The notes under the pieces: generated by a model
The model's input: the letters and a program-made list of their open reading frames with translations, nothing else
Databases searched by the model: none
Told to the model about the DNA's origin: nothing
Made by a program: the position numbers and the translations under genes
Origin: Octopus sinensis
Taxonomy: Eukaryota
DNA length: 64,000 nt
Assembly (NCBI RefSeq): GCF_006345805.1
Contig: NC_042999.1
Span: 81,034,001 to 81,098,000 of the forward strand
Direction of reading: 5' to 3'
In this document: positions 13,321 through 25,676 of the stretch, piece after piece
Layout of the letters: each line of letters begins with the position of its first letter
Numbering within the stretch: the first letter of the stretch is position 1

Positions 13321-14375
13321 CACACACCTAAAAATGCAGCTACGAAGCACAAACTTTGTGGTGGCATACTTTGGTTTCTTTTGGAACAAACAGAGGGTGT
13401 AAATTATCAGTTTGTTGTACTTAAACCACAAATATGCAGCTCTCTTTGGTGGAAATTTTATCATAATAAGCCCCCTCGTGATTCGTACAGTATACATGTT
13501 ACACATATTATGCGCTTACACATTGTAATGAAATGGCTTACATTATATTCTGCTTGTAGTCTAATGCTGGACAATACATACATATATACGTACATACATG
13601 CATGCATACATACAAACGTGTGTCTGTATGTGAGAGAGAGAGAGTGTGTGTGTGTGTGTGTCTTTCTTCGTGTGCATAAATATATATACAGGTGTCTGTG
13701 TGTGTGCGCGTACGTGTGTTTTAGCGCGCAACCGTACAGTCATACATATATATATATGCATACCATGATTAGACTGGGAAGTGAACGGGTGTTATGTCAT
13801 TTACGGATAACCAAACTCCGGCTGCTAATTAGAGCCCAATGAATCACGCGCAGCTGATAAATGTCTTAACTCTTTACGGCAAAAATTGAACTCACATCGC
13901 AGAGAAGCAAAATCAATGCTTCAAAGAATTGTCGATATACATCTACCGTTTAGCCTTCTAATGCCCTCCCCACCTACTCTTCGCGAAAAATAACACGTGA
14001 GGTTATAAACAACATGCAACTGTCAATCATTAAACCGAAGTTACCTCTTTTACCACGCCCTTATAAACTGTTGTGAAAGATTAAAAGCCAAACTCCGGAC
14101 AAACTGGAAATATAAATCTTATATCTAGTTTCATGTTGTCAAAATATCAAGACTTGTTATTTGCAAAATATTCAATACTGATAATGACATTAGATTGCAA
14201 CGTTGTAGCCATTTTCCTATCACCTTTGAAACTTGTCCTTTAATGAATACTTTAGTGTTGAGTCATATATCATAGGATTTCAATATTCTGAACTGGGATT
14301 GATTCCGCTTCAGAGCAGAATTCAATTGTGAAAGAAAAGGCATAAAAAAAAGAAAAAGAAATGATTCATATATAT

Positions 14376-14406
<31 letters not shown>

Positions 14407-15615
14407 AAGACTAAACGGCACAACATTTCTATTGTATAACTTGCCATTGAACCTGCGTCACTTTGCTCCAAAGCTTAATACCCGTGTAATTTGCCCGAAA
14501 AGTCATGAAGAACTGAAAGATGACAGTAAGGGTGACTATGAGTAGAGTTCAAGCAAGAAAAAAATAATAAAATAAAAACTAACAAAGATTTAAACAGAAA
14601 TATTGAATTCGTGACGCTTTCGATTATTTTGTTTCTTTGCAGTTTATTTCTTTTCTTTTATTTATATTTTTCTATTGACCTACCTACTTACCCTCCTGCC
14701 TATCAAACTGGCTGCCAGTTTCATCTTTCATCTCTCTTTACCAGCCACAAGCCATTTAGAGGACATTAGTATTTTCCTAGTAAATTGAAGAATTATGTAG
14801 ATGTTATTCAAGATCTATAATATCTTGGCTTTTTAAAGAAAAGCCTGTTCACCTTTTGCTTCAATGCTGTGTCCTTTGAACAGACGTAGTAAAATTCAAT
14901 CGCTCCTACTTCAAATAGAACTATCGTTCCTTTTGTTGTGTCCCTAGAGGATATAACTAGAGTTTAGCTTGGCTGTTACAGTAGTAGCTGTAGCTGTTTA
15001 ATCTAAAAACGCCATATCCGCCATTTAGTAACAAATTTTTTTCTTCTATTTCGTATTTCTTTTATGTCTAGTTATATAGTCGATACTCTAGCAAACGCCG
15101 TGGAACGAGAGATAAGCTCCAGATCTACAGCTTCGTGATGCAGTTTCGATTTTTCATTGTTAATGACTTTGAAAAGTTCATGATTGCCACAGCTTCACCT
15201 ATTATCTCTTTTTAAGTATAGTGCCTTTGTTCTTAGTCAAACACACAACAGTAGTTAATCAATACAGAAAGAAACACTGCAATAATATACATTAAATCTT
15301 AGTGAAGCATTCGATTTTAATCACCGTTTTAAAAATCATTGGGAACATATGTACCTAGTGATATAATAATATTATATGTTCGATAAATATACATTCATTC
15401 TTAGTAATATATATTTCTACATGCTCTCTAGCTAACGACGTGCATTTCTCTTAAAAATATAGATTGAATAAACGATAGATTGAAAACTTGAAAATAATTC
15501 AATTACTTATACAATGCTTCGATTTTATAAACCCAACATTACGATTTATTGTTTTACGCATCTGCATTCGTACAATTACACACACACGAACTCACATATC
15601 TATGTATATGTAAAT

Positions 15616-15704
<89 letters not shown>

Positions 15705-15984
15705 AACAGATAGAGATAGAGAGATTGTATGAATACATATATATGTATACATTTATGTATCCATTCATATATATACACATATATATCTATACATAATATA
15801 TATATATATACATAGAATATCTATCTATCTACCTATCTATATATATATAAATAAATGTTTTATTTATATTAAAGACATTACTACACATAAATGCCTCACG
15901 CTATGAGGGACTCTTAAAGTCAAATCTACCATAATAAACACATTTTACCGAACGCGAGGGAATGCAACTCTCGAAGCGAGCACC

Positions 15985-16270
15985 TTAAAAATAGATTCAG
16001 CCATAGATTATATGATTTCATAATTAGTGAACAAAATGCACTTTTTAATCGTCAGTGCAGGCATAATCAAGACACATAAAAAATGAACAAAAACATCAAC
16101 ATACAAGTCGAACAACCCTATGTAATATACAGGATACATTTGGTGTTCGTCTGGTATGCTAATTTTTTGTTCATTTTTTTAATGTCCTGATTATGCCTGT
16201 ACTGACGAGAGAAAAGCGCATTTTGTGCACTAATTGTAAACTCATATGAGTTGCGGCTGATTGTCTTTAA
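15985..16270. repeat. Old imperfect hairpin / MITE-like fold-back element
   Basis: tcagcc...taattagtgaacaaaatgc...gtcagtgcaggcataatcaagac...aaaatgaacaaaaa...gaaca is mirrored by tgttc...tttttgttcattttt...gtcctgattatgcctgtactgac...gcattttgtgcactaatt...ggctga. Arms ~125 bp, roughly 75-80% identical by eye. Confidence 0.8.
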
Positions 16271-16685
16271 AGGGAATAATCTATTTGTTATTTTTGCGCC
16301 GTAAGATACATTGTTAGAAGTATGTTAAACGCCAGATTTTCATTTCATTCAATCCAGTTACACGAGGGTTGAAACGTATTAGTGGTAGCGCATTGTACAA
16401 AAAGGCTTCCAAATAGCTGTTTCTAATCTGCCGTTTCACATTAAGTATCATACGGCAACACTGCTGAGTTAGGAATATTGCTTCAAAAATATGTAGTCCA
16501 TGAGTTTCAGCAAGTGTTTCCACTTGTAATCATCATTTAAATGAAAATACCAAAGCCAATGCTTGAAAATTCCATACACACACATACACACACAAATATA
16601 CACAGACAAATATATATACATATACATATTTATGTGTATGCATACATATATAATCTCATATAGGTATATGAACACATATATCATA

Positions 16686-16732
<47 letters not shown>

Positions 16733-16737
<5 letters not shown>

Positions 16738-16914
16738 CGTGATCACCGTGACCGACCAGGCTATCAGATGTTGCTACATATCGCTGGTCACAATGCGCTT
16801 TGTATTGTTTTAGCCTTCAAACGACGCCACCCCATTGGCTAAGTGAGCAGGCCAACAGAAGAAAGAGTGAGAGAAAGTTGTGGCGAAAGAGTACAGCAGA
16901 GATCGCCGCCACCC

Positions 16915-16915
<1 letters not shown>
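16733..16915 (-). mobile_element. 3' end of a non-LTR retroelement or SINE inserted in (TA)n
   Basis: Matches 57925-58047. The shared end carries the tandem tail (CACGGTGAT)x2 on the minus strand, the other end differs in length (5' truncation), and both sides are (TA)n. Confidence 0.75.
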
Positions 16916-16945
<30 letters not shown>

Positions 16946-17179
16946 CAGTATAACATAACGTATGTCATAATAAATATTACAAAGCTACGGTATATCTTCT
17001 TGGCGAGATCTTTTAAGGAGCCATCGTCTTTAAAAACACAACATATCTCAGAGCTAGGCGAAACGAAATCACACTGGAAGTGAAAGAAATTTCTGATGAG
17101 GAAAACTCCCATCCTGTGTGTGAGTATTTTCAAAAATGGCTTATTGAAGTCATGGGAGGTGAATTGAGAAAGTTTGACA

Positions 17180-17780
17180 TCAGTATTTTATCCCTCGGCT
17201 CAAATGTGTCTGTGAGATGGTGTAAGGCGGTAGTATTTTTCTGGATTTGTGTACACAGTATTAAGGGTTGGTATCCGCGTAGTTCTGAAATATGTGTAAG
17301 CCTTTTACACCTTTACAACTTTTATGTTGATGTTGGGTTTTATATGGCATGACATGATTCGTTTAAATATACGACTTGGAAATTCTGCAATGAAGGATAT
17401 TAATGAATTCTTGAGTGCAAACCCATCACCAGATTCTTTACGCTGACCCTCAGGAAGGCCTATTCAGAAGATAGTATATCAATAAGTAGGTCCATTTATT
17501 TGACTCTCATTAGAGAGACGAGTTTCAGTGAGGGCAACAATATCAAGGGAATATTTTTAAGGCTCACATGCAATAAGTGCAATACTCTCTGGCCTCTTGA
17601 AATAATCATCAAGAAGTGCGTGCACATTCCAACAGCTAAAATTCAAAGGATGTTTATTGTTATTTCTTCTTGAAGATTGCTTGACCACAGTGGCGGGTTG
17701 ATGATAGGGCCCAGTATGTGACACACTGGGACACCTGCCGAGTCATACCTATTCCCCTGACTTTCCCAAGCCTTTTTGGC
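17180..17780 (-). pseudogene. RTE-type LINE 5' fragment (APE endonuclease N-terminus), decayed
   Basis: Minus strand reads LNFSCWNVHALLD...DIVALTETRLSNESQ...YTIF...GLPEGQRKESGDGFALKNSL, a pattern typical of RTE endonucleases. Multiple stops. Confidence 0.75.
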
Positions 17781-17924
17781 CATTTCCTGAGTCATCTTGA
17801 GACATTATTTTTCGAAACGCGGAGTAGATGAAACAAGGACAACTTAAGGAGAATATTCTTTATGTTGTATGTCTCGGTTTTCTATGTTTATTTCGTTGTT
17901 TGAAAAAAAGTTTGTTTCTCTTTT

Positions 17925-18000
17925 TGTTTATATGTTTTCGCTTCTCATTGGTGTTCAACGTCTTTTTGATGTCCTGTACCCATATGGGCATGTATATATA
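17925..18000 (+). repeat. Short interspersed repeat fragment, second copy at 24161-24235
   Basis: tgtttatatgttttcgcttctca...tgttcaacgtctttttgatgtcctgtaccca vs tgtttatattttcgtttctca...tgttctacgttttttggtgtcctgtaccca. Confidence 0.6.
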
Positions 18001-18729
18001 CATACGTATAAAAAGGGAATGACTGGAAGAAACGATATGTGCAAACGTATCTTTATGCTGACGGAAAGCGGAAATATCACTTCTCCAATCGCGAAAAATG
18101 CGACATGAGAGAATGTTACTATAATTGATGCAGTTCTGTTTGCTGAAATCGCCGAATGAAGTAACAGAGACATGGAAAATTACAACAATTATTGAAAGAA
18201 AACACCAAGCGGGAAGAAGAAAATCCATAAAAATATAGGAAAAACAAGAGAGGTTCATTAACTATGAAAAATGACTTTGGAGAAATCCCCATTATGAAAA
18301 CGAAATCATAAGAGTAAAAGACACAAGAAAACTAACACCAAACACAAACACCGATCCCAGAGGAACCAGACAAAGTTATCGAACCTCTAGTTATCCAAGA
18401 TTATATGCGGAGATGACCTCCAGCTCCTCACAAGAGCAGATAAGAAACTTATATTCTGCAATACGAAAACATTTATACTACTATTTAATGTTTGTTCGTG
18501 AAAAACATGGAATTACACAGAATATGGGATTTGACTATGCAAGTGTAAAGGAATATACATTTTCATAGGACTTTGAAAACTTTTTTTTTTTCAAAATTTA
18601 CAAGGAAAAGTTCTGTTATTATCCTTTTGATTTTGTCTTGGGGGTTGATAAACGAACGGAACTGCAAATAAAGAATTATCCAAAAATCTGACTGCGTCCT
18701 TTCTTTCTCTCTCTCTCTTTCTCTTTCTC

Positions 18730-18830
<101 letters not shown>

Positions 18831-19070
18831 CACTTTGTGTTGCAAGATCCTGATGCGAAACCGTGTGTTGAAACAGATATTGTTATATTTTGGGATGATC
18901 ACTATTTTTCTTCAAATAAACATATGCATTATATATTCCTTCTTCACTTGTTTATTCCTGCTCTTAATTTATCTCATGTTCATTGTCTGAAAATCTTTCG
19001 TCACACATCTATGACCACTTCAGCGACTCTTTCAATCCATGTGTATCCTCCTCATACGCTTAGTCCATTA

Positions 19071-21292
19071 CACTGGTCAACAGCCAATTTTCATTAGGGA
19101 TATTATGTGGTGTTTTGTATGTAGTTTAATCCGCAAATTTCATAAATGTATTCGGTTCTCTTCTATCAGGTACAGTTTATCTGATGAATTAAGAGAGGTA
19201 TATAACTCCCATCAGAAGTATCGTTACACGTAAACGCCTTATACAGGTAAATTCTGGCTTCTGTTTTATAACTATTTGTATTCATTTTTTAATTTTATGT
19301 CTTCATAATCTTTTCTTTTCATAAATGTTACTTTCTGTTTGCCGAGTCATCATCATCATCAAATTCTACTCAGGATGATGTCAAGTCATTGCAAAAATAA
19401 TTCTGATATATTTTGTCATGTCTGTGATTCATTTACCACCAAAGCTCAGGAACGTGCCACCAGTAGTGAAATCAAGATCGACCAGTTATACTTTGGCTGC
19501 TCTCTCGAGGATTGAGTTAAGAGTTGGGCCCCACACATCATCTGCTCAGCTTGTTCAAACGGACTAAGTGATTGGCTAAATAGGAGGAAGAGAGCAATGC
19601 CGTTTGCAATGCCTATGATATGGAGAGAGCCACAGGATCATTTCATGGACTGTTATTTCTACAACGCTAATGTATGTGGGTTTACTGTAAAGACCAAGCA
19701 TAAGATTATTATCCCAAACTGGAATCAGCAAGAAGACCATTACCACACAACGATGATGATCCTATTCCAATACCACCAGAAAATGGCCTTCAGATGTCTG
19801 ACGAACATGTATTTCTTGAAGAAAATACTACTGCTGTGGAAGACACCGATGTGGATGCAGATTTCACGATTGAAAATGAAGGCGTACCACAGAAATTTTC
19901 TCAAGGAGAGTGAAATGTTTTAGTTAGAGACTTGTGATTGTCGAAGGATAAAGCTGAACTATTAGCATCTCGCCTATAAGAACAGTGTCTGCTTAAGAAA
20001 GAAATTTGTATTACTCATTTCAGGAAGATTATCTGACTTCATGCTTCTCTGTTGATGGGCCACTTTGTTTCAGTAATAAAACTGATGAGTTATTTCGTCC
20101 TTTGTCCAAGAGCATGTTCCAGCTGAATGGCGCTTATACATTGACTCATCTAAGAGAAGCCTCAAGGCAGTACTACTACGTAACAGCAATAAGAAACCAT
20201 CTATTCCCATAGGGTATTCAGTGCACATGAAAGAGTGTTATGAAAACATGCAAATACTCCTCAATGCCATAACGTATAGAAATTACAGCTAGAAAATATG
20301 TGGAGACTTGTAGGTGATTGGAATGTTGATGGGAATGCAATCTGGGTTCAGGAAATATTGTTGCTTTTTATGCCTATGGGACTGCCGTGCAACTAAGAAG
20401 CACCATGTGTAATCAGCGCGGTGTTTGCAAAAATCATATGAGCCGGGGGTTTCTAGCGTCCAGAGCAAACCACTTTTAAACACAGAAAATGTTCTTCTTC
20501 CCTCTTTTTACATAAAGCTTGGCCTCATGAAACAATTCGTGAAGACACTTGTCAGGAAAAGCTCAAAAGGTTTTGAATATGTGATGGCCAAATTTCCCAA
20601 AATCCCCGAGGCAAAACCGAAGGAGGGCGTATTCATAGGTCCGCAGATAAAAGAACTCCTGAGCGACAACCACTTCCTCACAGCACTGGATGAGATTGAA
20701 CTTATAAAGCCTGGGAATCCTTCAGATGGCTCTGCGAATATTTGCTAGGCATCAAGAGATCTCTAGAGTTTAGAAATGGAATGAAATGTCTTCTGGACTC
20801 CTTTTACACTGCAATGGACTGTCGGACTTTTTTGCAGAGAAACTTGGAGCAGTGTCTGATGAACAAGGGAACGCTTTCATCAAGATATTGCATTGATGGA
20901 ACAAAGATATCGATTATTTTGGAATGCAGGAATGTTAGCTGACTACTGTTGGGTGTTATACAGGGATGAACCTGAGGCAAAACACCATAGAGAGTCCAGA
21001 TCCTAAAGATTTTAAGTTGTTATGCATTTGAGTGTATTCTAACTTATTTGTACACAATAATTTTAATTTTGTGCAGTACGAATCCATGAAATTATCGTAT
21101 CTTTTATTCAATATACTTTATATAGACATGCTTTACGTATCCTATAAGTTAAAACAGCAGGTATCATTAACATGAAAGTGTTACCTGATAGAGGAAATCA
21201 GACATCAGTTTCGTAATCAGCATCAAAATTTAATCCAGAAAAGTCAATCAGCAACTCTGATGATTAAAAAAGTTTCATTTTGTTGACCAGTG
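19071..21292 (+). mobile_element. Full-length Chapaev3-type (CMC superfamily) DNA transposon
   Basis: Perfect 12-bp TIRs CACTGGTCAACA...TGTTGACCAGTG, flanked by a TTA duplication (19068-19070 and 21293-21295), with an internal transposase relic. Confidence 0.88.
19375..21006 (+). pseudogene. Chapaev3-type transposase pseudogene
   Basis: Fragments CKNNSDIFCHVC, KSWAPHIICSAC, MPFAMPMIWREPQDHFMDCYF, KICGDL, CCFLCLWD, IKLGLMKQFVK, KEGVFIGPQI, GAVSDEQG, FHQDI and MLADYCW occur in family order. Many stops and frameshifts. Confidence 0.88.
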
Positions 21293-21383
21293 TTACGAAT
21301 AGACTATGAGGACCAAGAGTAACGAGGGAACAAATAATATAAGAAAAATATTATAATTGTAATTACCATCCAGAAATATAACA

Positions 21384-21483
<100 letters not shown>

Positions 21484-21530
21484 ATATTCAATTGCAAAAT
21501 TCTTGATATGAATACGTGTGTCGATACAAA

Positions 21531-23060
21531 TATTGCTGTATTTGGGGATGGTCATATTGCCACTTTAGCCAATAAAAATATAGAGACTACCAGTACTAGA
21601 TAGAGAACTCTGGCTGGAAACAATGAATAATAAAAACCAAATCCTCCGTTCACACTATGTCAAACATATGGCCCCCATATACCTGATCTACCGGAACTCA
21701 GCTATCGTGGACAATGCCAAATTCAATATATTGATGGCAGACCTCATCAGAGTAATGAGAATGTGTCCCGGATGTGCAACCCTACAGTGTTAAAAAGACA
21801 CATACAACACTTCATTCACTGCATGCAGTTCTCAGGATACAGTCATAGAGAAAATATCAGGGTATACAAAGGAACCATGAGGAAATTTGAAACAATCATA
21901 CGTAACGATAGGAATGGGATTTGCGCACTCTATAGGCGTAAGTCATGGAACACAATTGAAAGAAGTAAGAAGAAATTAAGGAAGGCCAACTTATAGTACG
22001 ATAGCCACAAATAACAGAGTGTCATGTTTGTCGACACCACCCCTAGAGGCGAACTGACGTGCTGCTTTAGAGGAGACCTAAACAAAGTTCAGCTAAGAAT
22101 TATGGTTCTAGAAAGGCCAGGCAACCCTATCAAATCCCTAATCGGTTGACCCTACCCTTTTAGTAGACCCTCTGTACTGATAGGAACTGTAATGTATGTA
22201 GATTTAGCCCACAAACGAACTATAAATAAGGAATGTAGTCAATAGTTTAAGATGTACAGAAGGACAATGCAGTAACAAGACAATAGCATACGCAGGGGAG
22301 ACATCACGGAGCGTAAGAGAGCAGATAAATGAGCTTTGGAGGGAACTTAAGGAAAAGAAGAACTCATCGCTTCTGTACCAGCAATCCGAGCAGGAGCATG
22401 GGGTCTCACTCAATAACATAGAAATTAAAATATTGTCCATACATAGAGCAGACGCAACGCTTAGACAAATTACGGAAGCTACACATATAATAGAAGATAA
22501 ATCTACCCTGAGTAGGAAACTAGAATAGAACACTAGCACACACCTCCAACACAACACAACCTATGACAGAATAAGCTTCCCATAAACTGATACCAATATG
22601 AATATAATATGATACACAGATAAATAAATGGAATTAAATAAATTAAATTAAATTAAATTCAAAAATATGGAAAGAAAAGAAAACGTAAGTAAATATAAAC
22701 AAATGATTAAAATAAATAAAAGTAAATTAAATGAACGTTTATAAACAGGAGATGCTGATAATGCAGGCATATCCCCCCTATACACACACACCCTAAACAT
22801 AGACACACACAGGGATATGCGCATGCGCAAATAAAGACAAATACAATAGGAATACAAAATGGCAGATCATTAGAAAGGAGAGACACGCAAAAAAGATAGA
22901 AGAAAGCAAAGGACCACTGATGAGGTCACAGAAGTGCGACGAAAGAACTCTGGCCGAAATACAATATAAAATAAAGCTGAAGCAAGTGAACACCAAATAT
23001 ATAGTGCGTGTGTTTTTATTGGCTGAAATGGCAAATGACCATCCCCCAAAACAACCATAT
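21531..23060 (+). mobile_element. Penelope-like element, 5'-truncated, with a short inverted copy of its 3' end at the 5' side
   Basis: RT C-terminus (LPVLD at 21587, HYVKHM, NSAI, LIRVMRNVS, MQFSGYS), then SVMFVDTTPRGEL, a Cys cluster and the GIY-YIG-type YAGETSRS. 21531-21580 is an ~83% inverted copy of 23012-23059. Confidence 0.85.
22911..22955 (+). ncRNA. Type I hammerhead ribozyme candidate in the 3' region of the Penelope-like element
   Basis: GGACCA-CUGAUGA-GGUCACAGAAGUGCGAC-GAAA-GAAC-UC-UGGCC: intact core boxes, CUC cleavage triplet, stems I and II imperfect (bulged). Confidence 0.6.
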
Positions 23061-23237
23061 ATATACAGCTGTCTGTATACATACATACAAACATACATAC
23101 ATATATCTATCTAGCTAGCTAGCTATATATATGCTCTAATGCTGTAATTTGTAGCTTGTATGAGAGAAATGTGTATGAATATGTCAATAAAGGGTATGAA
23201 ACACAAAAGATATACTCCAAAAGATATACTATAATAA

Positions 23238-23467
23238 GGCGGTGAGCTAGTAGAAACGTTAGCACACCGGGCGAAATGCTTAGCGGTATTGCGTCTGTCG
23301 TTGCGTTCTGAGTTCAAATTACGCCGAGGTCGACTTTGTCTTTCATCCTTTCGGGGTCGATAAATTAGGTACCAGTTACGCACTGGGGTCGATATAATCG
23401 ACTTAATCCGTTTGTCTGTCCTTGTTTGTCCCCTCTATGTTTAGCCCCTTGTGGGCAATAAAGAAAC
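23238..23467 (+). mobile_element. SINE family A, full-length, with 14-bp TSD
   Basis: tRNA-like head, central GTCGACTTTG.CTTTCATCCTTTCGGGGTCGATAAATT domain and AATAAAGAAA tail. TSD AGATATACTCCAAA at 23208-23221 and 23468-23481. Confidence 0.92.
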
Positions 23468-24024
23468 AGATATACTCCAAATCTTAAAACATCCTGTTGA
23501 CATTTAAAAAAAAGTATTTTCAGCAAAGTTTCTATTAGATATTTTCTAATTTATTACAAATTTTCAGCGAGTCTTAATCTGAGGCCTGTCTGACAATGTA
23601 GTTTTTAATTTGGCGCAAACTACAGCTATCTCATTAAGTTTTCTGTCTGCAAGTAGTTCTTCATATTTTATTCATATATCTTTTGAGCAATTTCCTTTTG
23701 TTGTCTTATATATGTTTCCTTTTAACTTTTTTTCCTTGGAAACCGTCTTAAAACATTTTCTCTTCTAATTGAGTAGAGAGTATTTTAAGAACCAATCAAC
23801 ATGCTAATGCATTGTTGTAAGATACGATTAGCATTTATCGAGTCTCGAGAAACGGACATCAGAATTCTTTCCTAGTTTTTGCCTGTAAATAAATATTGTT
23901 ATTTTATTATTTCAATATTGTAAGGAAGTTGTAAGGCTGGCTTTGTTTTCTGCCTGCTGTCATGAATATATTGGGGGTAGTGAATGATGTGCTTGCTGTA
24001 CGTGAATACATAGATATATGTGTA

Positions 24025-24056
<32 letters not shown>

Positions 24057-24096
24057 ATATATATATTATATATATATATATATATATTATATAATA

Positions 24097-24134
<38 letters not shown>

Positions 24135-24560
24135 ATATATATATATATATATTGGTTTCGTGTTTATATTTTCGTTTCTCAATGTGTTCTACGTTTTTTG
24201 GTGTCCTGTACCCACATATTCATGTATATATACATGTAGAAGTAGGTACATATATGTATGTATATATGCATATGTTTTATTTATTTATTAATTTATTATA
24301 TGACGTAACGCACGCATGCATTTCTAAGTAAGATTGTTCTTTATATATATAATATATATATTTAGAAGAGAGACAAAATGACATTGTACTAAAAAAAACG
24401 CTTCGGTTTGCAGAAGAATATTAATGTAAAGTAGGGATGAAGAGTAGAATATATGGATAGATTTGCGTGTAATTATGGTTTAGTTATACGTTAATATTTG
24501 CGGCACAGAATCTGCCGCACTCAACAAGCAGCTCCAGGCGTGCAGCGACTGCACTCATTT

Positions 24561-24711
24561 AGGTGCAGACTTGGCCCTGTGGTCAGAAGATTGCTTCCCA
24601 GACACATGGTTCCTAATTCAGATTCAGTCTCACTACATGATGCCCTTCGGGATGACCAAACGCTTGAGTGTATTTGGTGGAGGGAAACTGATAGAAGGCT
24701 GCCGTATATAC

Positions 24712-24774
<63 letters not shown>

Positions 24775-24930
24775 TGTTCCTCTGAATGCGTACTTGTGTT
24801 TGTGCTTGTGTGTGTGTCCTGATCTTCTATTGACAATCGGTTTTGCGTCGTTTACGTACCCGTTACTCAATGATTCGCCAAAAGAGACGGATAGAAAATA
24901 AAATATTAGGCTTAAAAATTTAGTCCTGGC
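24561..24930 (+). mobile_element. SINE family B with internal (TA)n(TG)n microsatellite, diverged
   Basis: Collinear with 30467-30840 (cacatggttcc, gaccaa, gaaactga, gacaa.c.g, aaaga.ac.gat/cagaataa, aggcttaaaaa). Confidence 0.75.
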
Positions 24931-25643
24931 ATTGTAATGTATTTGATATTTTCTGTAAAGATATGCATATTTGTTTAGTCAGCTCTTCTTTACTCCACCA
25001 GAAATTTAGCGAATGTTACTAAAATACCTTAAGGAAGGCTTTCTACAATGATCAGTTTCTAATGACATAAGGTAGTATATGTTGTACCTTCTTTCTTCAT
25101 TTTCGCAAATCGAACGACCGTTTAAGGCTCATCATCTGGAAACTTACTATCTGTTGCGAACGTATGCAGTTAAATAAATCGACATCAGTACTAGAATGGT
25201 ACTTGTATTACATTACTTGAGAATCGATTTTTAGCTGTGGCCAGATTTGAACACAAATCATAGCAAAAGTTATTTAGTTGAGTTCCTTACAATTTTTGTC
25301 ATCCATCGAACTTCGTTAATAAACATAATTTGTGGTATTTGAGAAAATGTTGACAATCAAATAAATCTACTGCAATACTACAATTCAACATATTTCAAGG
25401 AACTTTGACAGATAAAAAGTAAATTAAACTTGACAGGACTTGAACTCAGACTGAAAAATGACGCATGAATGAAGCGGAACATACTTTATTTAGCTCTCAA
25501 ACGAATTCATCGCTTAACACTTTTCTCTTCACCTCTGATAATGGAAATAGTTTTCAAATATTTGATAGGTTCCTCTATCCCCATCTCTCCCTTTTTCTCT
25601 CTTCCTTATAAATACGCACATAGTTATATATATATATATATAT

Positions 25644-25676
<33 letters not shown>

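Noticed and set aside
21604-21635. Apparent direct repeat of the hammerhead cleavage region (gaactctggc, also at 22945) marking a 5' pseudo-LTR
   Set aside because: This stretch is in-frame RT coding sequence (LPVLDRELWLET), so the 10-bp match is most likely coincidental.
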